Origin: Octopus sinensis
Taxonomy: Eukaryota
Assembly (NCBI RefSeq): GCF_006345805.1
Contig: NC_043019.1
Coordinates: 29,263,360-29,327,359 of the forward strand
Reading direction: 5' to 3'
Length of the DNA: 64,000 nucleotides
Numbering within the stretch: the first letter of the stretch is position 1; each line of letters begins with the position of its first letter. The notes under the pieces were generated by a model that was given only the letters and a program-made list of their open reading frames with translations, was not told the origin of the DNA and did not search any database. Made by a program: the position numbers and the translations under genes. Of the stretch, positions 36,546 through 49,071 are shown piece by piece.

Positions 36546-39500
36546 ATTAAAAAAAAAGAACGAAATTTAAAAACATTTTGGAAAAATGGTAGAAGAAAAA
36601 TTGTTTATCGTTTTAAAATACCAGCTAACTTAGCATAAAAGCGAACAGAAAAATTGTAATATAAGAGAGGGGAGGAGAGAGAGAGAGGGAGAGAGACTTT
36701 TACTACAACATGAGTGTTGGCAACAAGATTGTTGATCAGATGGTGTTGGTGGTGGTAGTGTTGGTAGTAGCGGTATTGGTAGCAGTTGTAGTGGTGGTGG
36801 TGGCAGCTATGGTCATGATGGTAGTTATGGTTGGTAGTTATGGCAGTGATGATAGTCGTGGTGGTGGTCATAGTTGTTGTTGTTGTTGTTGTTGTTGTTG
36901 TGGTGGTAGTTGTCACAGGGTGTTAGTAGTCATGATCATGGTGGTGGTGGTGGTGGCGGCAGTAGTGTTGATGGTAAGCGAGGGTAGTTATTTCATGAAA
37001 TAGCTATAATTAGCAAAAAGAAACTATGTTCTTCTCTATAATTGGGTCTCAGAGATACTCTTCAACTGAGAGTTAAGAAGACTTTTATTGATAACATAGC
37101 AGACTTCTTTTCAGTTGGGAAGTCAAAAGCGCCACTATCACCAATAATGATAGTGTGGTCCACATATATATACATATATATATATTAATAATAGGCTATT
37201 GGTCAGTCAACCATATTTACTTATGTAGATAAGAGTACTGAACAGGGTGCAGGTATGGTCGAGTGGTTAAGAAATTCACTTCTCAGTCATGTTGGCTTTT
37301 GAAGTTCAATTCCTTTGCACAGCACTTTGAACTAGTATCTTCTTCTACAATAGTCTTTTTCATACAAAAGGGCCAGGGTCAACCAAAGCCCTTTTGCAGG
37401 AAATTTGAGATTGCTTTTGTTCTTGGAAGGTAGATTTAACAAATTTTCTGGAATACAAGTTGAATTTTTTCAGATCAAAATTTACAGCCAAGAAAAGATA
37501 AGTCAACTTATACAGCAAGATGACTTTGGAGGAGCAAAAATTTCATGTGAAATGCAACAAGATTTGGAAAGATGGTGATGATGTTTGAATATTTATGCTA
37601 TATGTTAGCAATACATATTATGTTGATTTCTTTGTTGTAAAATATGATGTGCATGGCCTAACAAATGAAACAGGGTTGCTAGATCTGATAGAAATATCAG
37701 CTAAATCTCTTTCAGATTGCATCCATTCAGTCTTGTATATGTACATACCATATTTTCCAACATACAAATTGAATTTTTCAGACCAAAATTTACAGCCAAA
37801 ACAAGGATGGGTTGACTTATACACCAAGATGACTTTGGAGGGCCAAAAATTTCATGTGAAACACAGCAGGATTTGATAAAATAGTGATAATATTTGAATG
37901 TTTACACTATATGTCAACTTGTATGCTAGAAAATATGGCAATCAATGACTTGGTTTAATTGTGCCATTAACTAGTTCTTTGGTGGAGTTCATTCTGTTAT
38001 AAGCATTCAGACCATTTCTCTGACCTAAGGACAACTACTTATTCTCTTCTGCCATCCTGTCTCAGAGGTATTGTAAAATTAACATGGTGCTGCTTTTCCT
38101 CTTGACTAAGTGGTAAAATATAACAAAAAAGGCTTTTAATATGAATAATGATAGAGTAGACCTATGAATCCAGTCAGGGCCATCCTGTCTTTTTGTATAG
38201 CTAAAACCTTACCCAATATTTACTTGTGTAGATACAGTAGATAGGGCTTTATAAGAATTAGCATATTAGCACTATTTAAGGAAACTTATGATCAAAGGTC
38301 ATTGGAGCCATGACTAGTTGCATAACTACAACTACATGATCAATCCAACATTTAGGCACAGGTGTTGCTGTGCATAAAAAGCTTGCTTCTCAACCACATA
38401 GTTCCGGGTTCAGTCCCACTACATGGCATTTTGGGTAAGTGACTTCTATAGTCTCAGGTTGACCAAAGCCTTGTGAGAGTGGATTTGGTAGACAGAAACT
38501 GAAAGAAGTGTGTGTGTGTGTCGAGATGTCACCTACTACTACTTGAGAACCAATATTGTGTTCACATTCCAGTAACTTAGCAGTTCAGCAAAGGAGAATG
38601 ATAGAATAAGCACCAGACTCAAAAGAAAAGAAAAAAAAAAGTAATGGGGTTGATTCATTCAACTAAAAATGTTTCAAGGCAGAACCCCAGCATGGCCACA
38701 ATCTAATGACTGAAACAAGAAGAAGATAAAAGATAAAATAATGTAAGTAGGGCCCCATTATAAGAATTACCAGACAGTATCCAATCTATCTATATTGTTA
38801 TTGTTTAAGCCTCAAGTCAGCCTGAACAACCAAATCTACGATGCAAGATATTCCTGCTATGTCTATCCACTCTTTATTTCAGTAACTGCACATCTAAGAC
38901 ACATTATCATATACGTTCTTCCTATTTTAAAACAGAGGAATGTTGTTGGACTGGGGAGAGATTTGACTTATTTCTACAAGGTCATGTAACCATGTAGAGA
39001 CTCTTCCTAGTTGGTTCAAAAATTTGGTGTATAATAAGTGTGAGTGAAGACACAAACGATGTAGAGAAGAGAGCATTCCATTTTCCATTATGTTTGAATC
39101 CACACTTAGGATGCGAAAGCTAATGAACTCGACATTCTATAATCAAAACTATCAACTACAGGAGCATGTTGGCTGTGTGGTGGGAAGTTTGCCTCCCAAC
39201 CACATGGTCCCAGGTTCAATCCCTACTGTATAACACTTTGGGCAAGTGTCTTCTACTACAACCCTGAGTTGACCAAAGTCATGTGAGTAGATTTGGTAGA
39301 TGGAAACATAAGTCCATCATGTGTGTGTGTGTGTGTGAGACTTTATCCTCAACCACTGCTTGACAATGAGAGTTGGTTTGTTTGCATCCCCATAACTTAG
39401 CGGTTCAACAAAGGAAACCAATAGAATGAGTACCAGGTTTTGAAAAACCTAAGTACTGAGGTTGATTTGTTTGACTAAACCCTTCAAGGTGGTGCTCCAG

Positions 39501-39754
39501 CATGGCTACAAATAAAAGATAAGCATATAACCCTTTTGATATGAACCTGCCTAAAATAGCTCTTTGTTCCATGATAAAAATTACTTGTTTTAAAGTGATC
39601 TGAATTAAAATGCTCCATCAAAATTCCATGTTCCATATACATTCCAAACATCAGCTTGATACTAGCAAAGTTATTTGAAAAAAAAATCTTCATTATTTTC
39701 AAAGTTAAACTGAAACAAGCACAGTATGTCTTACTACAAATATGGTAACAAAAA

Positions 39755-40346
39755 GTATTTCAGATCCTTTACCAAGAGACACCCTCACCCAGGTAACCCA
39801 GAGAGAGTTGATCGGGTTCTGACTTGAATGTTAGCAACAACACTTTGCATGAACACCCTCCCAGTACATAACTCCATGATCCCCTACATGGCCTTGCTTT
39901 TGCTTTTTGTACATAACTCCATGTCCCCCTACATGGCCTTGCTTTTGCTTTTTGTACATAACTCCATGTCCCCCTACATGGCCTTGCTTTTGCTTTTTGT
40001 ACATAACTCCATGCCCCCCTACATGGACTTGCTTTTGCTTTTTGGGCAAAAAAATTAACTTAACCTAACAATGGCCCACAGACCAACCTTCTTAATTCAA
40101 AGCTATCTGGTGGATTTCGCTACAGCTTTGCTCACAGACTGGCTGGCTGACTCCTTTAGCATGCCTGTAATGCTCAATCAGTTGAGGGCTTTTCAGAGTG
40201 AGAATCTGGCAAAATCTTCTCTGAGCTCATTTTATATCTCCCAGTCTCTTTTCGACACTTCTCTTTTACTTCCAAGTACTTCACCTATTTCCTCTCATTT
40301 CATCGATACATTCTTCCTGGGGCACTCAAACTTCCAGCACGATAAC
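39755..40346 (-). mobile_element. Degenerate HERO/NeSL-like (RLE-type) non-LTR retrotransposon 3' end
   Basis: Minus strand IVLEV*VPQEECIDE and ...KAVAKSTR*L*IKKVGLW resemble ELTVPWEE...AAEKATRWLWIKR of RLE domains. 3' UTR-like gatcaact...ctgggttacctgggtgagggtgt. Confidence 0.65.
39865..40044. repeat. Minisatellite, 4 x 45 bp
   Basis: Unit tacataactccatgtccccctacatggccttgcttttgctttttg starts at 39865, 39910, 39955 and 40000. Confidence 0.95.
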
Positions 40347-41103
40347 ATAAATACAAAGCAATGTTGAATTTGTGTATAAATAATTGTAGTAAAAGTTTTT
40401 GTTTGTATTTTTTTTGTTCAATTCTAAATATTTTGAGAAAGAAAAACGGGGAAAAAAAAAATGGAAAAAAAAAAAAATCAAGATTATTGAAGAAACGAGT
40501 ATAAGGTTTTGAGAATCGAAGCAAAGAAGCAAAAATATATATTTTTTAAATCTGTTATTTAAGGGAGAAGTTACATACGATAAAAATAAAATCTAATATG
40601 AAAATATATAAAGAAACAGGAGGGAAAAATAAATACAAGACGCCTCATTCATTTGACTGAGAAATACTTTTGTTTTCTTTTTGAACAATAGTTCGGTATA
40701 ATGTTTGTGCATAGAACCTGGCTTCTAGTTCTCCAAAGAGAAAATTAAAAACAAAAAAAAAAACAAAATGCTTTGTTCTTCTGTAATAATAGGAGAGAAC
40801 CTAACTTTGCATTACATATCGATTCCATGAAGAAATAAATGGCTTCTCTTCTCTGATTTGTTAGAAACTTATCTGAGGAGAGAAACGTTTGTTTTTTTTC
40901 CATTCACCAACAGAAATCAGAAATATCGCTACAAAATTTATTTCAGTTAGTTTAAACTGTGTGTACCAGTTTGATGTCAATAGTTAAAAACTAAATTTTA
41001 TAAAAAAATGCAAATACATTATTATCTTGCTGTTCTGGTTTTTTATTCTTACCACCATCACATATGACTTTAGCAAACAAGCTTGGTTAAGATCTCTTGC
41101 TTA

Positions 41104-41161
<58 letters not shown>

Positions 41162-42560
41162 TCTTGCTTGCTAAGTTGGTTGATGAAATGTCAATGGCTA
41201 TATGGTTAACAAGTTCACATCACAACCACATACTTCTGAGAGCAATCCCACAGTATGGCACATTAAACACATTAGTGTCTGTTATGATGGACTTGTCCAA
41301 AGCCAAGTGAAATTTGGCAGATGCTGAAAACTAAGACACATACTGGTGTGTCTGTGTGTGTGTGTCTACGTAGACATGCACACCTCAAAGAATAAGTTTA
41401 CTAGAATGCTACAGAAATTAGTTTTATAAATACACACACACACAGGAGTGGCAGTGTGATAAGAAGCTTGCTTCCTAACCACGTTGTTCTGGGTTCAAGC
41501 CCTTGGACAGGTGTCTTCTACTATAGCCTCAGGCTGACCAAAGCCTTGTGAGTGGATTTGGTAGCTGGAAACACGAAGAAGCCTATCGTATATATATATG
41601 TGTGAGTGTGTGTGTACACGTGTGTGTGAGTCTTTGTGTCTGTGTTTGTCCCCAACAACCATTTGACAACTGGTGTTCATGTGTTTATATCCTCATAACT
41701 TAGCAGTTCAGCAAAAGAGACTGATGACTGAAATGCCTGAAACAAGTAAGAGAATAAAAGAATAAACACACAAACTGCCAGTTTCCCTTCCTGATGCTAA
41801 CTGATAACAGAATTTTAAGTCAGAGATCTCTTATTCCACACACCTGTGAAGATATGATCAAATGATTTGTCGACAGAAGAAACTAACAACACTATCCACT
41901 ACACTTTCATACAAGTGATCACAGATATAAACAAATACACAGATACTCATACCCACACACACACACAACTGTATTTTTCTGTCTATCAAATTCACTTACA
42001 ATGCTCAGGTTGGCCCAGGAAAAAAATAAAAGAAACTTGCTCAAGGTACTGCACAATGGGACGGAACCTCAACTGCATAGCCATACCCGAGCACATCTAA
42101 AACTCTAATATCTAAAACCACAAACAGCATGCAAATTTTCACTTTGAATTTTGGCATTGCAAGCAGAGTTGGCACAGAAACAATTGTAATGAATCATTTA
42201 GGATTTCTTCTTCATCTTTTTATTTGGATTATACATACACACACACACACACATTTACATGGGTGTATGTGTAATCCAAATAATATATATATACACACAC
42301 ACATACATATATATATAGACACACACACACAAACATAATACACACACACACATATATATATATAAATGTATATATGTATGCCAAGTTATAATAAAAACAG
42401 ATTTACATTCAACAGATGGAGTACTCAATACCTTTTTGCATAGAGTACATATTTATTATACTTTTAGATGAAGTGTGGTAACAGTGACTTTGGAGTTTAA
42501 GCCAACTAGCATTCATCAGACTCTCTCTCTCTAAATATGCACACATACACACATTATATA

Positions 42561-42681
42561 TAATTTACAAGATAAGGGCAAAAGAAAAATTCTAATGCCA
42601 AATATGCCGAAAAAAAGACAAAACTTTTTTTTCGGCATATTTGGCATTAGAATTTTTCTTTTGCCCTTATCTTGTAAATTA
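42561..42681. repeat. Near-perfect inverted repeat, ~56-bp stem with 6-nt loop
   Basis: 42561-42617 versus 42624-42681; the only difference is A7 versus T8. Confidence 0.95.
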
Positions 42682-44015
42682 TTTATAAATTCAACCTTTA
42701 AAGGTATTTTTTGATATGCTGGCCATTGATAAAATTTTTTTCCCGAAAAAAGTTTTATCCTATATTAGTTATATATATATATATCTATATAAAGATATAA
42801 ATATACATGTGAGTGCCTGTACATATATCATTGTCATCATCATTAATACACATATATCAATCAGATTATCACATTGTGAAAAACAGCTCGTCATAAAGCA
42901 CTTTCTGAGACTGTTGTAGATTTCGAATGAAGCTGACCAGCTGGCTAAGCAGGCAGGCCGGCCAACATTGCCCTTGAAGGCGACATCATTCTGTCCCAGG
43001 GTTACTCAGTCACAGATGAACAGACTAGAGCAACATGCAATGAAGTGTTTTGCTCAAGAACACAAAGCACAATCAGTTTGGGAATCCAAATCATGATCTT
43101 GTGATCATGAATGGACCATATATATATATATCATTTAATAAATTCTATAATGAGTAAAAATATATATCTAAATATGTAGTTTCAATATTTATATAATATA
43201 TATACTAAGATATATCTACTGTAATGAGATTTAACTATAAAACAATTAGAAAACTACAAAATAAATTACTTGCTAATGGTGTATTAAACGATGTAAAAGA
43301 TATCAACATTATTAGTTACTTTCTCACCAAGGTGAGTAATGGTTGCTTTTAGGTAAAATATATAATTAAATATTCTGATGTACACAAACATATACACATA
43401 CATGATATGAATTACTGAGATAAGAATTTCTCTCGGAAATATGTGTGTGTGTGTGTGTGTGTTATATGAAAATTAGCAAGATAAAAGGCATTAAGTCCCC
43501 ACTGTATAATGGTTGGTGATACAGGAACTACTGTCATAGAAAACTTCTTTTTTTTTTTTTTAAAAGTACCCCTTTACTGCAGAACTCAGATACATCTACT
43601 CATTATTTCATCTATTAGCCTTAACTATTGAAAGCAGCTTTACACTAAATAAACTATCTTTTGTTAAAGAATGTCACGTTTGAAACTATTTTCTGTTACG
43701 TCAAAATGTATATGAAGTTTACCAAGGCAACGTGACTTACAGAAAATACCAATTCTATTTTTTGGAGAAGATATTTAACATCATTTACTTGAATAATCAT
43801 GAAGTTGAATTTTGCAGTTAAAGGGTTAAAAATGAAAAGATAAATTAGATAAACTCATCCTAGGCATTTTTAAAAGGTTGAGCACGACATAACTGGGAGG
43901 CTTTGATCATTGGTCTACTTGATTAGAGCTGATGGAGCTAAACAACAACATAAAGAGCACACTGTAACATTAACTTTCCTTGAGAGCAACCTGTTCAAGA
44001 TGGTATCCTGCACTA

Positions 44016-44249
44016 TAAGGCAGCGACCTGGCAGAATCGTTAGTACGCCGGGCAAAATGCTTACCGGTATTTCGTCTGCTGCTACATTCTGAGTCAAATT
44101 CTGCCAAGGTCGACTTTGCCTTTCATCCTTTCGGGGTCGATAAATTAAGTACCAGTTACGCACTGGGGTTGATATAATCGACTTAATCCGTTTGTCTGTC
44201 CTTGTTTGTCCCCTCTGTGTTTAGCCCCTTGTGGGTAGTAAAGAAATAC
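44016..44249 (+). mobile_element. SINE family B with 13-bp TSD
   Basis: TSD gtatcctgcacta at 44003-44015 and 44250-44262. Confidence 0.92.
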
Positions 44250-45165
44250 GTATCCTGCACTAGTATTAATTTTACCTTCTGTTTTGCATGTTTCAGTCAT
44301 TTGACTGCTGCCATAATGGGGGCAACTGCCTTGAAGGGTTTTACACAAACAAATCAACCTCAGCACTTATTTTGTGAAGTCCAGTAAGTATTTTTTTGTC
44401 AGATCACTAAGTTACAGACATGTAAGCAAACCAACATCAACTGTCAGGTGGTGGGAGAGAGAGACGTGGGCTTCCATGCAGTTTCTGTTCACCAAATCCA
44501 CTCACAAGTTATTGGTTGGTCTGGAGCTATGGCAGTGGACACATGTCCACAATGCCAAGCAATGGAACTGACAATTCTTCCAGTTTTCAGGCTTTGAGCT
44601 CAAACTCTGCCTTTCATCCCTCCAAAGTCGATATGATAATATACCTGTCATGTATTGGGTGAAATTTAATCTACTAATCCTCTCCCTCAATTTTCAGGAA
44701 ATATTCCTCATAGCAGGCTATTGAAATACAATGAAAAATTTAAGAAAGTGAGGGATGCGTCTTTGTAAGGAAGAATATTAAAAAAATGCATTTGAATAAA
44801 GTAATGCAGAGTTACTATGCTTCTCATTCAACAAATTGGCCGACAATATACCACTGGGTATCCAGCTAGAATATCAATATGTGTGTGTGTGTGTGTGTGC
44901 ATGAACCAATGAGACCCTCCTTGGCTCATGACATTATGGTGTGATTTGAATGCGATTTGGGTAAGTATTTCTAGCAAATTGCACTAACACATAGGTGTCC
45001 CTTGTTAATACATAGACACACACACACATACATACACACACAAGAAAGCAGAGTGTAAGTTAAAGGACATTTGGCTACTATCATTGAAAAGTCATACACA
45101 CACACAAATAAAATATATTCTGATTTTACTGAAAGGAAATCTGGTCATATTGTCAAAGAGAGGTG

Positions 45166-45234
<69 letters not shown>
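45166..45234. repeat. (GA)n microsatellite
   Basis: Direct inspection. Confidence 0.95.
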
Positions 45235-45238
<4 letters not shown>

Positions 45239-45489
45239 CTATTGCATGGTAGCATGTCTATGGACTCTGAAAAGGAGGAGAGCAAAGGATTAAGATCAAT
45301 AGGCATGTCTTTGTCATGTCATGCATTATAATATCAATTATAGCATATAGTGTATGTCAACAGTATCATTACCTGATGGGATAGCTTAAACAGTTAGATA
45401 GAAAAAGGAAGGGGGGTGAAGAGAAAGATAAAAGCACAAAGGTGGGAGGGAAAGAAAAAAAAGAAAGAAAAATAGAAGAAAAGGAAAGA

Positions 45490-45682
45490 AGATAGACAGA
45501 CAGATAGATAGACAGATAGGTAGGTAGGTAGGTAGACAGATAGACAGATAGATAGATAGATAGATAGATAGATAGGTAGATAGGTAGACAGACAGATAGA
45601 TAGGCATAGATAGATAGATAGACAGATAGATAGATAGGTAGATAGATAGGTAGGTAGATAGGTAGGTAGGTAGGTAGGTAGA
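45490..45682. repeat. (GATA/GACA/GGTA)n tetranucleotide array
   Basis: Direct inspection. Confidence 0.95.
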
Positions 45683-46422
45683 AAGACATATCTTAAAAGA
45701 GAAAGAATGGTGCATCTAGGACATTTCTGAGATATTAAGAAAGGAAGAAATACTCGAAGACATTAAAACATGAGCAGAAGACTTATCTTCATGTGCACGC
45801 GTGTGTATATGTGTGTATGCACGCACACACTTGTATAGATAATTTAAAATCAAAGGTAAACTGTATGTATGTATGAATGTATGTATGAGTGTGTGTCGGT
45901 CAGTGTGTATGTATGTATACATACATACACATTCACACAGCTACAAGTATTATGACATGTCATTCTAATGTTTAAAACCACAAACATTATGTAAATTTCC
46001 ATTTCAAATTTTTTGTATAAACTGGCATTACAAGCAGAGATGGTACAATTGTAATGAATCATTAAAGATGTGTTGAAGGATTTCTTTGTCTTTTTATTGT
46101 TAGGATTATACACACATACACGTACTTATAAATATATGCATACATTTATGTCAAATTATAATAAAAATTAATTTACATTCAACTGAAGGAGTGCTCAATA
46201 CTTTTTTGTATAGAGTACATATTATACATTTAAATGAAGTGAGGTAACAGTGACTATGGAATTTAAGCCAACTAGCCCTCTTCAGACACCATGTGTGTGT
46301 ATATGCACATACATTCTCTTTTTACTCACGCACACACACACATCATAAATACGCACCCCCCACACACACACGAATGTGTGCGTGTGTAAGTGTCTGTGTA
46401 CATATATCATCATCATTAATAC

Positions 46423-46475
<53 letters not shown>

Positions 46476-47003
46476 CATGTGTTTGTATAAGGTTTACAAG
46501 AACAAAGAGAAAACAAATTGATATTTCAGATACTTCATTATGTACTTAACAATAATCAATAATTTAATTGATTATCATGTTATTGGATAACCATTTCAAA
46601 ATGGATACAGGAGTTTAAAGAATCCAAAACACAAACCCTAATTTTCAATGGTAACTTGTTGTACATTCAGCACATGAATAAATAAATAAATATATACACA
46701 CACACACACACACTAGCATCATCAGAATATATACTACAGATTTATATATCATCAATGTGTAATACACACACAATCGCACATTTTAACATAGGAATATATA
46801 CTATATATATATATATATATACAAATATATACATATACATATATATATACAAATATATATACATATACATATATACATATACAAATATATATACATATAT
46901 ATATACACATATATATATACATACATACATATATATATATACATATATACACATTTACACATATATATACATATGTATATATATCTATCTATCTATCTAT
47001 ATA

Positions 47004-47051
<48 letters not shown>

Positions 47052-47530
47052 CACACACACACACATATATATACACACACACATACATATATATATCATC
47101 ACTGTGTAATATATACAAACACACATACATACATACATATATACACTGTAAATATTCAACTGTCTTATGGCCACATTTTACCAAGTGCATCCTGGTTTTT
47201 AGAACAAACACACCATATATCTTTGCTGCTGTATCACTAAGTACCATCTATAACCTGTGCCAACATGGAAAAGAAAGCATTTGATGATGGTGACATCAAG
47301 GATTTCTATCAATAATGCATGCTGCCTTTGTACTTTAAATTTACAATTAATCAAGAATTAAATAATAATTAAAAATACAAATAAATAATTCAACAGCTTG
47401 CACGGAGGAATATAAATGTCAACCACTGCAGTGAAAGGTTTTCATTCACATATAAACATTGGTTATGGCATGGTGCATTCGCAGATGCTGATTCAGAAAC
47501 AAAATGAATAACTTGCTTATCTCTTTTGGA

Positions 47531-47563
<33 letters not shown>

Positions 47564-47783
47564 AAGTATGAGTGACATTAAAAAGAAAAGGAAGAAGACT
47601 AGTGGTGGAAAATTTCCAGACAATTCTGTATGGGTGTGTGGTTGAGTAATTTGCTTCCCAACCCTATAATTCAGGTTCAGTTCCACTAAGAAGCACCATG
47701 ACCAAGTATCTTCTTGTGTAGCCCAGGGACGAATGAATTTGGCAGGTGGAAACTGACTAAAGCCTATCCGGTATGTGCATGTA

Positions 47784-49071
47784 TCAGGTCATCCCATAAG
47801 TTCTGTCCGATTTTACCTTTTTTTAGAATTGAATGAAATTTAATAGTAGTTTAGAATGTCTAATGGAATTAAAAATTATTTTAATGCATTTGTGTATATT
47901 TAAACTAATTAAATATTATTTTACAGAATAATAGAATTGAAATTTCTTTGATTAAAACCCTTTCTAGCATGGAAGTATCCAAAGAGCATTTAAGGCACAT
48001 AATGCTTTATGAGTACAGAAAAGGAAAGTCTGCAGCTGAAGCGACTTGAAACACACACTCAGTGTATAGGAAAGAATGCTTGAATGAAAGACCTTGCAGA
48101 AGATTGTTTGCAAAATTCAGAAGTGGAGAGTTCAGCCTTGAAGATGAAGATTGAACAGGACATCCAGTTGAGTTTAATGATAAGCTCCTTGAGGCATAAC
48201 TCGGAGAAAATCCTGAATTATCAGTTGAAAAATTGGCAATAAAGCTTAGTTCAAACCATGCAACTGTTCATCATCATCTTCAACAACTTGGAAAGGTTGC
48301 TAAATTTGGAAAATGGGTGCCTTGTGAATTGTCTGAAAGCAACCACAAATCCTGAGTTGACATCTGCTCTTCTCTCCATTCTTGCGAACTCATTTCACCC
48401 TTTTTGGATAGACTTTTGACTGGTGAGGAAAAATGGATCTTCTATCGAAATGTTAAATGTCATAAACAGTGGCTTGGTAAAAGGGAAAAAGCTCAACCAC
48501 AACCGAGAAGGGAACTTCATGGGAAAAAGGTTCTTCTCTCTATCTGGTGGGATTGCAAAGGAGTAATTCACTTTGAATTGTTACCACCTAATGCAACAAT
48601 CAATGTTCATGTCTACTGTCAGTAATTAGAGCATTTGAACCACGCTTTGAAGAAAAAAAGACCCACTTTTGTGAATCGAAAAGGAGTGATGTTTCATTAG
48701 GACAATACGCAACTCCACACTGCAAAGATCACATCACAGAAGACTGAAGAGCTTAGTTGGGAAAAAATTCCTGATCCACCTTATTCTCTCGACTTTGCTC
48801 CTTCAGACTACCATTTGTTTCGCAGTTTACAGAATCATTTGGGGGACATAACTTTCACAAGGCAAGAGGAGGTCGAAACTGACATCTCAGAGTTCTCCAC
48901 TTTGAAACCAAAAGAGTTTTATATTGATGGGATTAAAAAGCTTGTAAATAGATAGAAGGAAGTCATAGATAATCAGGGAAAATACATTGTTGATTAAATT
49001 TCAATTAAATATAACATTCAATCACTTGTTTTCTTATTCAAAATTTGGACATAACTAATGGGATGACCTGA
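47784..49071 (+). mobile_element. Full-length decayed mariner of a second subfamily, TA TSDs
   Basis: TA|tcaggtcatcccataagttctgtccga and ttggacataactaatgggatgacctga|TA. Confidence 0.93.
47969..48997 (+). pseudogene. Mariner transposase pseudogene
   Basis: MEVSKEHLRHIMLYEY..., WVPCEL, LTGEEKW, IWWDCKG, H*DN, YSLDFAPSDY; multiple in-frame stops. Confidence 0.9.

Noticed and set aside
35928-37003. Thr-rich, mucin-like and Val/Gly-rich ORFs
   Set aside because: They derive from (GGT/AGT)n arrays; no splice or domain support.
39865-40044. CRISPR-like array or repeat protein (KKQKQGHVGGHGVMY x4)
   Set aside because: Units are contiguous with no spacers, the context is eukaryotic, and the array lies after the retroelement stop codon.
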